Positions 1 to 10,567 of a stretch of DNA of 64,000 nucleotides are shown here, piece by piece. Location: contig CAJTIX010000004.1 of NCBI GenBank assembly GCA_910576795.1, positions 647 through 64,646 on the forward strand. Reading direction: 5' to 3'. The notes beneath the pieces were generated by a model. That model saw nothing but the letters and a program-made list of their open reading frames with translations, did not search any database and was not told the origin of the DNA. The translations under genes and the position numbers were made by a program. This DNA is from an uncultured Bacilli bacterium (lineage in GTDB: Bacteria; Bacillota_I; Bacilli_A; RF39; UBA660). The stretch's first letter is position 1. Each line of letters starts with the position of its first letter.

Positions 1-362
1 GGAAAACAATTTTTTTGAATTTTTAAACGGAACTTTGGAACAAGCAGGTTTTATTATAATACAATCCAATACTTATGTAACTACAAATCCAGTGAATCAA
101 TTTCAAGGAGTATCTGTAATTATTCAAATAGTTGCTGAAGTAGATTTGAATGTATTGCCAGACTGGTTACATAGCCATATCCAAAACTTGCAGTTTGCAG
201 ATCGCATTCGTACTTTTCAAATGAGAAAATAAAAAATTCCAATAATCATAAGGAAATCAAACTCGCAGAAATGCGATTTTTTTGTTGGATAAATTTTTTC
301 AAAAAGGTTGACAGAAAAGCTGGTGGGGGATATACTATTTATTAATAGAGAGGAAAGAGGAT

Positions 363-3071
363 ATGAACAAAAAGATAGTAATGTTATTGGTAACTGTAAT
401 TGGTTGCCTAGGATTTGCAACGAATGTAAATGCAGAAGAATATGGAACAGAATTCCAAAAATTTACGAGTGATGGAACAATCACAATTACCAGTGGTAGT
501 TTAGAAGCTAAGGGTAATTTAGTAACAGCTTATTTGCAACAATGGAATCAAAAAAATAATACACAATTTGTATTAGGAAGTTGTAATGAAGCTTATGATA
601 CATGCACAATTGCGCTCAATGATGCGAATGGCAATTATGAAGAGCATGATATTCAAATCAAATATGCAGAAAAATATAGTGATGTATTTAAAAAGATAGG
701 AACAGATGCAATCACAATTACGAATACAACCAATGGATCAGTTTCTAACATAATTTATCTACATTTAAATAATTTTTCAAATGATCAATATTCATATTGG
801 TTAGGTACATGTAATGAAGATTCTACACAATGTGATATCATTTTACGTGAAACTTATAAAATGGAAAATGGATCAACAAACAGTGTCGAAATAGAAAGAC
901 ATACTGTTAAGGTAAACTACAAAGAGGAATATAGTGAACAATTTAAGAAAATAACCAGTAATGGGACATTAACTCTATATGGAGATACCTATAGAACACC
1001 AATAGACATGATTCGTGATTATTTAGCGCCATTTAATGTGTATGCTACTCCATCATATGATAGTTACAGTGTATTTAACTGCAATGCAGATTCTACTGTT
1101 TGTGATATTGTTCGATCTACTGTTGATACAACGAACTATAATCAAAAAGAGTTAGAACGTCATGTAGTAAAAGTGACATATCAAAAAGGATATAGTGAAG
1201 AATTTAAAAAGGCCACAAATGGTTCATTGATTATAAAAAGTAATAGTATTGATCAATATACAAATTTTGTAAATATATATTTCAATCCATTCAATGCACA
1301 TGACTATGATGCTTCCAGTTATAAATCATATAACATTAGATCTTGCAATGAGGATAAATCCATTTGTGATGTTGCCTTATATGAACATACTAAACAGGAA
1401 AATGGTAATTATACAGTAAAACAACTAGAGACTCATGCAATCAAAATTACTTATAAAGAGGAATATAGTGAAGAATTCAAGAAATTAACGAATGGAACGA
1501 TTACATTACATGGAAGTACTATTGGTGAAAAAAGAAACTTATTAAGCAATTATCTCAATAGTATCACCAGCGATAGTTATTATTTTAGTGTTAGATCATG
1601 TAATGAAGATCAAACAGTTTGTGATATTGCTCTACATCAAAGTGTACAAACAGGGGATTCTTCCACCACTTATGAAGTTGAGAGACACCCAGTAAAAATC
1701 GTTTATGGTGAAGAACAATTCAGTGATGTATTTAAAAGATTAACCACTAATAATCAATTACCTATTAAATCTGTAACACCAACGGATATTGAAACAGCAG
1801 ATCTTATAGTAGGTTCTTATCTTAGAGCATTTGATACAGAAAATGGATATTTTTATGTAGGTGCTTGCAGTGATGATTACACAACTTGTGATGTTTATTC
1901 TACCGAAACTGGAGAAACCCATGCATTAAAAATTGCTTATGAAACCAATTTAGACCCTAATATATCTGCAATTGTAAATAATATGATTGCTGCATACCCT
2001 GATGGTAAAATGTTCCTATTAGAAGATTTGGAATTGATTAATTACTTGGTAAGTAAGAACTTTAAGGATAATGATTTTGGTAATGAAAATCTAATGATCA
2101 ATTTCTCTAGCGAAGCGAAAGCTTATTTAGGAAATATGACAGGTGTTTTAGATGCTAGAATGGGATGGGGTGATCCATTCACATCTGGATGTGCAGGTGG
2201 CTTTGCAATAATGTATAACAATACTATTTATGGAATGTTAAAACAAGGTGGAGCACAAAAAAATAACGTAATTTATATTTCAGATACCACTGAAAATAAG
2301 AATGAAGCTTATATTGTAGCTGCACAAAAAAGAATCAATGCATATTTAAAAAATGATAGTGTAAAAATAACTTATGGTGGTAAAGTAAGTGACTTAATTG
2401 ATATCAGTAATAAGGATGAAGTAGAATTTATATCAGAAGAGTTAGGTTATGATATTACAAAAATAGAAAGCTACTATAATTTAACTTATGGTGAAAATAC
2501 GATTCCATTCTTAATTATCAAAAATTCTTCTAAAGTAAAAGAAGAAGTTGAATACAAGAATAATGATTTTGTAACAGGAATCTCTATTGAAACAACTTCC
2601 CCAGATGTACCACTTGATACTACTATTCAAGTAACAGAAATTACAAAAGAAAATGAACAATATCAAGAAATTACATCAAAATTAAAAGTAAAAGATGCAA
2701 TTATTTATGATTTAAAATTATTCTCATCTACTGCAAAACAATTTATTTCAAAATTAAAAGATGGGTTATTCCAAGTAAAAATTCCAATTCCAGAAACTAT
2801 GTTAAATAAAGAATTAGTAGCATACTACATTCATGATGATGGAACAATTGAAGAACACCCAATTACAGTAATGGATGGACTTGCACATTTCACAACAAAC
2901 CACTTCAGTGTTTATACAATTGCTGAAAAAAGAGTAGCGGAAGATGCAATCACAGAAAATGTTCCAAATACATATGATGGAATTATGAATTATATAGGTC
3001 TTGGAATAGTAGGATTGATTGGAATATCTATTACAGGTATTACCTATAAGAAAAAAGAAAATGAATCATAG
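363..3071 (+). CDS. Large secreted, surface-anchored repeat protein. It has an N-terminal signal peptide and six ~95-aa repeats, each with a conserved Cys pair (CNEDxxxCD ... ERHxVKxxYKEEYSEEFKK). The C-terminus carries a sorting-signal-like tail: VPNTYDG, then a hydrophobic helix, then KKKENES.
   Basis: The signal peptide is MNKKIVMLLVTVIGCLGFATNVNA. The internal repeats are visible directly in the translation. The C-terminal tripartite motif, hydrophobic stretch and basic tail lie next to a sortase gene. Confidence 0.7.
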   Translation: MNKKIVMLLVTVIGCLGFATNVNAEEYGTEFQKFTSDGTITITSGSLEAKGNLVTAYLQQWNQKNNTQFVLGSCNEAYDTCTIALNDANGNYEEHDIQIKYAEKYSDVFKKIGTDAITITNTTNGSVSNIIYLHLNNFSNDQYSYWLGTCNEDSTQCDIILRETYKMENGSTNSVEIERHTVKVNYKEEYSEQFKKITSNGTLTLYGDTYRTPIDMIRDYLAPFNVYATPSYDSYSVFNCNADSTVCDIVRSTVDTTNYNQKELERHVVKVTYQKGYSEEFKKATNGSLIIKSNSIDQYTNFVNIYFNPFNAHDYDASSYKSYNIRSCNEDKSICDVALYEHTKQENGNYTVKQLETHAIKITYKEEYSEEFKKLTNGTITLHGSTIGEKRNLLSNYLNSITSDSYYFSVRSCNEDQTVCDIALHQSVQTGDSSTTYEVERHPVKIVYGEEQFSDVFKRLTTNNQLPIKSVTPTDIETADLIVGSYLRAFDTENGYFYVGACSDDYTTCDVYSTETGETHALKIAYETNLDPNISAIVNNMIAAYPDGKMFLLEDLELINYLVSKNFKDNDFGNENLMINFSSEAKAYLGNMTGVLDARMGWGDPFTSGCAGGFAIMYNNTIYGMLKQGGAQKNNVIYISDTTENKNEAYIVAAQKRINAYLKNDSVKITYGGKVSDLIDISNKDEVEFISEELGYDITKIESYYNLTYGENTIPFLIIKNSSKVKEEVEYKNNDFVTGISIETTSPDVPLDTTIQVTEITKENEQYQEITSKLKVKDAIIYDLKLFSSTAKQFISKLKDGLFQVKIPIPETMLNKELVAYYIHDDGTIEEHPITVMDGLAHFTTNHFSVYTIAEKRVAEDAITENVPNTYDGIMNYIGLGIVGLIGISITGITYKKKENES

Positions 3072-3123
3072 AAAGGGATGACGCGAGTTGTCTCTTTTCA
3101 TATAATTAAAAACAAGATTTTGA

Positions 3124-3939
3124 TTATCTTGTTTCTTTTTTGATTAACTTAGCGTGTAAAACAACTTTTTCACGATCATTATAACAGGTTGATAAAGTAA
3201 GAATATGATCATTTTCATTTATTGTGGTGTTAAAATTATGTGTACTTCTGTTCATTAACATATTTGCAAAGTCTAGAAAGTTTTGATTGTTTTTAAAGTT
3301 TGTTCGAATATAATCATTGGTTGTTGCAATATGGTATACACTAAATACTTGCCATAATGTATTTTCATACTCTGTGGATAACTTAATGACATAATTATTG
3401 GTATTATTTAACCAACCACTGGAAAGAATATTTTTTAAAGATCCAAACATTGTTGTATCTAATCTTCCATGCGCATAAATAATTGTATTTTTATCTAAAG
3501 TGGATAAATTGTTTCTATAATCTAGAAATACCCATCCTGCTGAATTGTAACTTTTATCAAAAGAATGTGTCAAATAATATTGATTATCATTTGCTTGTAC
3601 AAATGGATAATTGATGTTAGTTCCATTTACTTGAATCCAACCTACAGTAGATGGATTCATATTCTTTAGTTCCCCAAAATCCACATGAATTAAATTCATT
3701 TTGATATAATCCCAATATGGATTGGATTCCTCTACTTCTTCCACCTGTTCAACCACTTCCATATCATCTGGATCAGTTACCTCCTGGACATCTACAATCT
3801 GAGAGATTTCATCTACCATCTTTTTGGTATGCTTATTATCATTTTGCCACTGGATAATACGAATAATCGCAATGGTAATGCAAATAATAGATAGTAATGA
3901 GATACAAAGAAGAATGATATTTTTTCGCTTTAATTTCAC
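3124..3939 (-). CDS. srtB: Class B sortase (SrtB-like cysteine transpeptidase).
   Basis: There is an N-terminal TM anchor. The motif IIYAHGRLDTTMFGSL resembles the SrtB His-loop (IYGH...TMF), and LTLSTC is the TLxTC catalytic motif. Length is ~270 aa. Confidence 0.8.
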   Translation of the reverse strand: MKLKRKNIILLCISLLSIICITIAIIRIIQWQNDNKHTKKMVDEISQIVDVQEVTDPDDMEVVEQVEEVEESNPYWDYIKMNLIHVDFGELKNMNPSTVGWIQVNGTNINYPFVQANDNQYYLTHSFDKSYNSAGWVFLDYRNNLSTLDKNTIIYAHGRLDTTMFGSLKNILSSGWLNNTNNYVIKLSTEYENTLWQVFSVYHIATTNDYIRTNFKNNQNFLDFANMLMNRSTHNFNTTINENDHILTLSTCYNDREKVVLHAKLIKKETR

Positions 3940-4001
3940 TTAAATCACCTATTATTATTGTATCATGTTTTCGTTCACAAAAAAAGAGTCTTGCTTGACT
4001 C

Positions 4002-4612
4002 TTATCTGTTGTAGAATTCAACGATTAATGACTCATTGATGTCGGCATTGAGTTCGCTTCTTTCAGGATATCTTACATAAGTTCCTGTCATTTTAGCTTC
4101 ATCATATGTAATGAATTCAACACGATTATGGATTGTTTCTAATGATTGTTTCATAGCTGGATGTTCTTTGGCTTGCTCTTTGACACCAATTATATCTCCT
4201 GGCTTACATCTATAAGATGGAATATTTACTTTTTCTCCATTTACAGTAATATGTCCATGGTTTACCAATTGTCTTGCACCTTTTCTAGTAGTTGCAAATC
4301 CAATACGATAAACTAAATTATCAAGTCTGCTTTCTAGTAATTTTAAGAAATCTTCACCATGAACACCTTTTAATTTACCAGCTTCATCAAATGTTTTTCT
4401 GAATTGTTTTTCATTGATTCCATACATGAATCTTACTTTTTGTTTTTCTTGTAATTGTGTTCCATAATCTGATAGTTTTTTGGCCCTTCCATTTCCATGT
4501 TGCCCTGGAGCATATGGACGACGTGCCAATTCTTTCCCGTTTTCTAATACAGAAAACCCGAAACGACGAGATTTTCTATAAGTAGAACCAGTGTATCTTG
4601 ACATACATTTTC
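4002..4612 (-). CDS. rpsD: 30S ribosomal protein S4.
   Basis: The N-terminus MSRYTGSTYRKSRRFGF matches S4. A GGAGGA RBS lies 8 nt upstream of the ATG at 4612. The ORF-track start at 4646 is an upstream extension. Confidence 0.95.
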
Positions 4613-4760
4613 CTCCTTCTTGCGTAACACAAGAGACTATTCGCAAGTGAATAGGGTGTTTACTTTAATATTTTCGCTCTGCAGCTAGAGTTACACAATA
4701 ACCCAAATGGTAATAAACACGTTATCCGCTTCAAATAGAGCTGCTCAAGTTCAATACGCA
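4613..4760 (-). promoter_or_regulatory. rpsD 5' leader/promoter region, a possible S4 autoregulatory leader.
   Basis: The GC-richer segment ~4620-4760 is unusual in AT-rich DNA and lies directly upstream of rpsD. In Bacillus, S4 autoregulates through its leader mRNA. Confidence 0.3.
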
Positions 4761-4855
4761 GTTACAATTATATTATGTTTTTCCTTGTAAGTCAATACCA
4801 AACGCTCTATAAAAAGTTCAAAATTGGTTAAATTTACAAAAAAAGTGTAAAAAAA

Positions 4856-4874
4856 TGTCGAAATGTGGTAGAAT
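4856..4874 (+). promoter_or_regulatory. ezrA promoter. It has an extended -10 (TGgTAGAAT) with a Spo0A-box-like TGTCGAA overlapping the spacer.
   Basis: Sequence aaaaaTGTCGAAatgTGgTAGAATgat lies ~25 nt upstream of the ezrA start. Confidence 0.35.
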
Positions 4875-4897
4875 GATAATAGTATTATGATAGCGAG

Positions 4898-6631
4898 GTG
4901 ATATTTTTGGATACCATTGTTCTTATGATGATTACATTTGCAGTTGTCGCCTTTATTGCAATTTTAGTCATTTTGTTGATCATTCAAAAACGAAAAAGTC
5001 ATGTGATTAAAAAACAATTAGAACATTTGGAAGTCGAGAAAAATAAAATCGATAGTGCCCCTATTATTCCAGAACTTTCGAAAGTAGAATCTTACCTAAA
5101 AAATGAAAAATTAGAAGCGATGTATAACAATTGGACAGAACGGCTGGATGCGATTCGTAGCAATCAAATTCCAAAGATTACAGATATGTTATTAGAAGCG
5201 GATTATTCATTATCACAACAAGATTATAAAAGCACACTTTATAAGATTGCAAAATTAGAAATGGAAATTTATAAAGTAAAAACCAATTCTGACTTTTTAT
5301 TAAATGAAATCAAAGAGATTACGAGTAGTGAAGAGAGAAATCGTGCAATCATTACCAATTTGAAATCGATTTACCGGGATTTGTATCAAAAATATAGCAG
5401 TGGAAAAGATGGCTATGGTGAGATTGCAAAACCAATGGATTTACAATTTGAAAATATAGCCAAACGATTTGAAAATTTTGAAACAGCTATGGAAAACAAT
5501 GAGTTTACAGAAGTAACCAATATTATTAAATCGATTGATGAAATGTTAAAACATATGTCGGTAGTTGTAGAAGAAATACCAAGCATTATATTACTTTCAA
5601 CCAATATTTTACCAAAGAAGATGAAAGAGGCAGTGGAAGAACATAATCAGATGACCCAAGAAGGTTTTCCACTAGATTATCTGAATGTAGAATATAATAT
5701 AAAAGAGGCCAATAAAAAAATAAGCGATATCATGGATCGTGCGAAGGTTTTAAATTTAGAGGATAGTTTATTTGAACTTAAGGTACTATCTGACTATTTT
5801 GATTCTTTATTTACGGATTTGGAAAAAGAAAAAGTCAATCGATCTGAATATGAAGAAAGCAATAAAGTATTTAGCCGTAAACTGACGAAAATGAATCAAT
5901 TGATGGAGGATATATTTGCGCAAATCGATGATATTCGTAATTTGTACAATTTGTCAGATGATGATGTAAAGGTATTAAGTGATGTCAAAGAAGCATTACA
6001 AGGTTTAAATGGGGATTATAAAGTATTATTAGATCATACAGGGAATAATACATTTGCCTACTCAAAACTCACAAAAGAAATAGAGGGGCTCACAATCAAA
6101 TTATCTGCTTTAGAAGAAAATGTGGATAACATTTTAGATTCTATTGGCAGTATGAAAGAGGACGAAGTGAGAGCAAGACAACAATTAGAAGAAGTAAAAT
6201 TGATATTAAAAGAATCCAAAACAAAAATACGAGAATACAATTTGCCAGTGATTCCACAAAATTATTTTGTAGAACTTAATGAAGCACAAGTTGCAATCAA
6301 AGAAATTGTAAAAGAATTAGAGAAAAAACCAATTACCATTAGTGTTTTGAATACAAGAGTAGATACTGCAAGAGATTTGGTTTTAAAATTATACAATACA
6401 ACCAAAGAAATGATGAAAACAGCGATGTTTGCCGAAATGGCAATTGTATATGGAAATCGTTATCGCAGTACAACAGAAGAATTGGATAAATTCTTGACCT
6501 ATGCAGAAAGATTGTTCTATAAAGGGGAATATCAAAAATCGCTTGAGATTACAATTAATTCTTTGAATAAAGTAGAACATGGCATTTATGACAAATTACT
6601 TGGATTATATGCAGAAGGAGAAAAAAATTAG
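4898..6631 (+). CDS. ezrA: Septation ring formation regulator EzrA.
   Basis: It has a single N-terminal TM helix followed by ~540 aa of coiled-coil at ~570 aa total. It is divergent from rpsD as in Bacillus. The start could be TTG at 4907. Confidence 0.75.
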   Translation: MIFLDTIVLMMITFAVVAFIAILVILLIIQKRKSHVIKKQLEHLEVEKNKIDSAPIIPELSKVESYLKNEKLEAMYNNWTERLDAIRSNQIPKITDMLLEADYSLSQQDYKSTLYKIAKLEMEIYKVKTNSDFLLNEIKEITSSEERNRAIITNLKSIYRDLYQKYSSGKDGYGEIAKPMDLQFENIAKRFENFETAMENNEFTEVTNIIKSIDEMLKHMSVVVEEIPSIILLSTNILPKKMKEAVEEHNQMTQEGFPLDYLNVEYNIKEANKKISDIMDRAKVLNLEDSLFELKVLSDYFDSLFTDLEKEKVNRSEYEESNKVFSRKLTKMNQLMEDIFAQIDDIRNLYNLSDDDVKVLSDVKEALQGLNGDYKVLLDHTGNNTFAYSKLTKEIEGLTIKLSALEENVDNILDSIGSMKEDEVRARQQLEEVKLILKESKTKIREYNLPVIPQNYFVELNEAQVAIKEIVKELEKKPITISVLNTRVDTARDLVLKLYNTTKEMMKTAMFAEMAIVYGNRYRSTTEELDKFLTYAERLFYKGEYQKSLEITINSLNKVEHGIYDKLLGLYAEGEKN

Positions 6632-6763
6632 GTTTTCTTCTTTTTTCTTTTATGATCGGGAATGAAAACAACTATTTTACATAAGATAAATTGGAAGTAT
6701 CAAAAAACATTTGCAAATTTTAATAAGAATGATATAATTGATATATAATAAGGTGGTGTTCAA

Positions 6764-7246
6764 ATGAACGAAAATAAAGATCAGTTTGGTTTAGATAGTA
6801 TTAAACCTTTAGAACCAGTAGCTCCTATTCCAGAAGTAGAACAACCTTCTACCGTATATGAAACAACAGATTTTAATCCACAACCAATTGTAGAAGAACC
6901 TAGTACACAGTATGCATTTACTACAGAAGCTCCAGTAATAGATCCTGTGGTTCCAGTTACACCAGAACCAGTATCTTATACGGAAGAAGTACCTACAGTG
7001 GAGAATGATTATACATCATCCTATACGGAGATGCCTATAGAACCAGAAGTACCAACTGTGGATACTGTAAATGAACATCCAGATGCGAAAATTTCTTTGC
7101 ACAAAGATACTGAAACAGAAATAGCAGTACGTTCTAATCTTCCAGAAGAAAAAATGGATAAGAGTACTATGTGGATGTTAATATGGATATTTGTAGGGAT
7201 GTTGATTGTTATTATCGCATTACCATATTTATTTGAGTTATTTTAA
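6764..7246 (+). CDS. Hypothetical tail-anchored membrane protein with an acidic Pro/Glu/Thr-rich disordered N-terminus and a C-terminal TM helix.
   Basis: The composition is visible in the translation, the C-terminus is hydrophobic, and an AAGGTGG RBS is present. Confidence 0.5.
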   Translation: MNENKDQFGLDSIKPLEPVAPIPEVEQPSTVYETTDFNPQPIVEEPSTQYAFTTEAPVIDPVVPVTPEPVSYTEEVPTVENDYTSSYTEMPIEPEVPTVDTVNEHPDAKISLHKDTETEIAVRSNLPEEKMDKSTMWMLIWIFVGMLIVIIALPYLFELF

Positions 7247-7257
7247 AAAATCTACGT

Positions 7258-7572
7258 TTAGTAGATTTTTTCGTTTACAATCGAAAGTTCAATGATTCTT
7301 TCTATGGAGTCATCATTTTCTGCTACATTTTTATGTAATTGATGACATTTTTCACATTGATATATAATTTTATAAGTATTTTTAAATTTTTCAATACCAA
7401 TGGGTTTGAATAAACCTTTACAAGTATGCATGCGATCTCCTGGATTGATATCTACGTGTTTGGAATATAAACAATATGGACAATGATCTCGTGCTGTATA
7501 GTTGGATTTGGGGACGATTTTTCCGCAATGTTCACAAGTAAAAGATTCGTTACGCATGGTAAATTGTTTCAT
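7258..7572 (-). CDS. RNHCP-domain zinc-ribbon protein.
   Basis: It contains the C-x2-C ... RDHCPYC ... C-x2-C motifs. An AGGTGA RBS precedes the MKQF start. Confidence 0.6.
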   Translation of the reverse strand: MKQFTMRNESFTCEHCGKIVPKSNYTARDHCPYCLYSKHVDINPGDRMHTCKGLFKPIGIEKFKNTYKIIYQCEKCHQLHKNVAENDDSIERIIELSIVNEKIY

Positions 7573-7657
7573 TGGAATCACCTAATGCTATTGTATCAAT
7601 TTTCATATTTCAAATCAATTCAAAATGTGTTAAAATATATGGTGGATGTGAGAGACT

Positions 7658-8383
7658 ATGGACTATAAAATTACAATCGATGCGTTTGAAGGCCCAATGG
7701 ATTTATTGTTACACTTAATTAAATCATCCGATATTGATATTTATGAAATTGAGTTAGAGGAAATCACAAAGCAATACCTATCATACATTGAAGCGATGGA
7801 AGAATTGAATTTGAATATTGCGAGTGAATATTTGATTGTAGCAGCTGAACTCATCGAAATGAAGTCAGCTATGTTGTTACCAAAGAAAAAAACAGAAGAG
7901 GATACCTATGAAGAGGATCCAAGGGAAAATTTAATCAAACGTCTTCTTGAATATAAACAGTATAAAGAAATTACTCCTGAGTTCAAGGAAATGGAATTGG
8001 AACGAAAACAATATTTAACAAAATTACCAGATAGTTTATCGGAATATAAGGATGAGAATGCTCCAATGCATTTTGGAGATGTAGGTATTTCAGATTTGTT
8101 ATATGCATTTCAAAAGTTTTTAGAAAGAAAACAGGAAGAAAAACCAATCCATACCAAAATTACAAAAAAAGAATATTCTGTTCATGTAAGAAGTAATGAA
8201 ATTCGTAGTATGTTAAAGAAAAAGAAAAAAATAGAATTTGAAGAATTGTTTGAAATTGTGACAAAAGATTATGTCGTAGTAACTTTTTTATCCATTTTGG
8301 ATTTGGCAAAAAAACAGGAACTGGAAATTAAGCAGGAACATAATTTCAGTAAAATCATTCTATCGTTAAAAGGATGTGAGTAA
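7658..8383 (+). CDS. scpA: Segregation and condensation protein A (ScpA kleisin).
   Basis: The N-terminus IDAFEGPMDLLLHLI matches ScpA, and it is followed by scpB. Confidence 0.85.
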   Translation: MDYKITIDAFEGPMDLLLHLIKSSDIDIYEIELEEITKQYLSYIEAMEELNLNIASEYLIVAAELIEMKSAMLLPKKKTEEDTYEEDPRENLIKRLLEYKQYKEITPEFKEMELERKQYLTKLPDSLSEYKDENAPMHFGDVGISDLLYAFQKFLERKQEEKPIHTKITKKEYSVHVRSNEIRSMLKKKKKIEFEELFEIVTKDYVVVTFLSILDLAKKQELEIKQEHNFSKIILSLKGCE

Positions 8384-8948
8384 TGTGAATTTAGCAGCAG
8401 TACTAGAAGGATTGTTATTTGTAGTTGGAGAAGATGGTCTATCAATGAATCAAGCTATGGATATTTTAGAGGTAGATCAAAAAACATTGATTTCTTTATT
8501 ACAACAATTACAAGATAGTTATGTAAAAGAAGAACGTGGCATTCGTTTGAGTGCACTTGGTAATCATTTAAAATTAACGACAAAAAAGGAACATAAGGAA
8601 TATTATCAAAAATTGGTGGAAACAGAGGACGATAGTTTGCTCAGTCAGGCAGCTTTAGAAACATTAGCAATTATCGCCTATAATGAACCTATTACGAGAA
8701 TTTCAGTGGATGAAATCCGTGGCATTGGTAGTAGTCATATTATTCGTAGATTATTGTCCAAAGGTTTGATTCGTGAAACCGGAAGATCGGATGCTCCTGG
8801 GAGGCCTATTTTATATGGTGTCACTAAAGATTTTTTAGATTATTTTGGTTTATCTAGTTTGGAACAGTTACCTAAGTTAGAACCTATTGAAGAAGTTTCA
8901 GAAGAAGAAAAAGATTTATTTGAATCAAAATATCACGAAAATGAATAA
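8376..8948 (+). CDS. scpB: Segregation and condensation protein B (ScpB).
   Basis: LEGLLFVVGEDGLS ... ALETLAIIAYNEPITR matches ScpB. It overlaps the scpA stop. Confidence 0.85.
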   Translation: MSNVNLAAVLEGLLFVVGEDGLSMNQAMDILEVDQKTLISLLQQLQDSYVKEERGIRLSALGNHLKLTTKKEHKEYYQKLVETEDDSLLSQAALETLAIIAYNEPITRISVDEIRGIGSSHIIRRLLSKGLIRETGRSDAPGRPILYGVTKDFLDYFGLSSLEQLPKLEPIEEVSEEEKDLFESKYHENE

Positions 8949-9011
8949 ATTTAAAACAATAAACATTGAATTTCATATCAGAAGTATGTTATAATTTGTT
9001 TGTTGTTATTC

Positions 9012-9097
9012 GCCGGCCTGGCGGAATGGTAGACGCGATGGACTCAAAATCCATTGGTAGCAATACTGTGAGGGTTCAAGTCCCTTGGCCGGTACCA
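9012..9097 (+). tRNA. tRNA-Leu (anticodon CAA), including the encoded CCA.
   Basis: The acceptor stem is GCCGGCC/GGCCGGT and the anticodon loop is CTCAAAA. It has the long variable arm of a class II tRNA and a GGTTCAAGTCC T-loop. Confidence 0.93.
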
Positions 9098-9154
9098 TTG
9101 AGATACCAAACTCGAATTTTTCGAGTTTTAATATGCCTAAAATATGATAAAATG
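9091..9154 (+). repeat. Direct repeat copy A (att-like). It covers the tRNA 3' end ggtacca plus a hairpin terminator and aatatgcctaaaatatgata.
   Basis: It is ~85% identical to 10568-10632. Confidence 0.6.
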
Positions 9155-9251
9155 TTTATAGAGATTGAATTAAGTTTAATTAGAAACTATACTTACATGT
9201 TGTCAAATTTTTCATAGTTATAGTTTTTATTCATTAGAAAGGGATAAATAT

Positions 9252-10538
9252 ATGAAAGAAATAGAATTTCTAAAACAAACAGTTAGAGAGGCAGAAGATA
9301 TATCTATACAAGATTTTAAAGTTGAATCAAAGGGTGCTGAAAATGATTTAGTAACTAGTCTAGATTTAAAAATTGAAGATTATATTATAAACAAGATAAA
9401 GGAAGAATATCCAGATTTTAACATAGTAAGTGAGGAATATAATACTAATAATCAGGTAACTGACAATTGTTTTATTATAGATCCAATTGATGGAACAATA
9501 AATTTTGCTAATAATTTACCTTTATGGGGAATACAAATTGCTTGTGTGAAAAATGGTAATACAATAGCAAGTGTTATAAGTTTACCTCGAATAAATGAAT
9601 TTTACTATGCAGACGAAACAGGGGCATATTTAAATGATCAATTGATTAATGTTAATGAAGTTCCTATAAAAAATACCCTTTATGCAATAGATGGTAACAA
9701 TAATTTACCCTGTATGCAAAGAATGAGAAAATATTCATCTAATAGAAGAAATTATGGTGGAGTATGTGTTTCTATGGCTTTTTTAGCTGCTGGAAGAATT
9801 CATGGTGCGGTCTTTAGAAGTGACAAGCCTTGGGACTATGAACCAGGATTGTTTCTTTGTAAAATGGCTGGGGCAAGTATTAAAAGTATTGATGGTTTCC
9901 ATGCCGCTGCAATGAATGATGAATTTTTAAATATACTAGAACTTGAAACAGCTAAAAAGAAAAATGTATCTAATATATTTGTTTTACATTCTTTAAATGG
10001 AGATACTTTAAAAATGTGGGGATCTGATATAAAAGAGGTATTCAGTCAAAAAGAAATAGATGTAATATTGCCAGAATTTCCAATTAGAGCAGAATCAAGT
10101 TATGAAAAGTTTAAAAGTATATTAGAGTTTTATTATAATAATGGGGGCTTAAATAGTAATTCTATAGTTATTGCCCATTCTATTGGAAATCCATATTTTA
10201 TAAGATTTTGTGAAGAGTTTAAGTTTATTCCTAAAGCTTATATAGCAGTTGCCCCAAGAGGAGTATATGAAGGAAAAATAGAAAGAAATGATTACATAGT
10301 TGCTATTACAAAGCAATCAATTGTAAAAAGTGAGGTATTAGATTTTGTTAAAGATAATTTAAATAATAAATATTGCCTATATTCTGATGAGACAATAGGT
10401 AATATGGATGAGTTTGATAGATTTATAGAAGATACAAATGCCACAAAAATGTATTTAAAATATTATGATCATTTTGATGGCTATCATAGAATCTATAAGA
10501 TTCCAGAATTAAATGAAATTATAAATGATTTATTATAA
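9252..10538 (+). CDS. Fusion protein. The N-terminal domain is inositol-monophosphatase-family (IMPase/SuhB/CysQ-like). The C-terminal domain is a YdeN/RBBP9-like alpha/beta serine hydrolase.
   Basis: IIDPIDGTINF and WDYEPG are IMPase motifs. IAHSIGN is a GxSxG nucleophile elbow in a ~170-aa C-terminal domain. Confidence 0.6.
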   Translation: MKEIEFLKQTVREAEDISIQDFKVESKGAENDLVTSLDLKIEDYIINKIKEEYPDFNIVSEEYNTNNQVTDNCFIIDPIDGTINFANNLPLWGIQIACVKNGNTIASVISLPRINEFYYADETGAYLNDQLINVNEVPIKNTLYAIDGNNNLPCMQRMRKYSSNRRNYGGVCVSMAFLAAGRIHGAVFRSDKPWDYEPGLFLCKMAGASIKSIDGFHAAAMNDEFLNILELETAKKKNVSNIFVLHSLNGDTLKMWGSDIKEVFSQKEIDVILPEFPIRAESSYEKFKSILEFYYNNGGLNSNSIVIAHSIGNPYFIRFCEEFKFIPKAYIAVAPRGVYEGKIERNDYIVAITKQSIVKSEVLDFVKDNLNNKYCLYSDETIGNMDEFDRFIEDTNATKMYLKYYDHFDGYHRIYKIPELNEIINDLL

Positions 10539-10567
10539 TAAAAAAGTTATCGTACCCCTTACAAAAG

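Noticed and set aside
363-3071. Internal DNA repeats of ~285 bp as possible mobile or satellite DNA. The same applies to the four LysM-coding repeats at 42480-43100.
   Set aside because: They are in-frame protein-domain repeats within single ORFs.
8966-9217. ORF-track CDS (83 aa).
   Set aside because: It overlaps tRNA-Leu and its terminator, so it is a spurious translation of an RNA gene.
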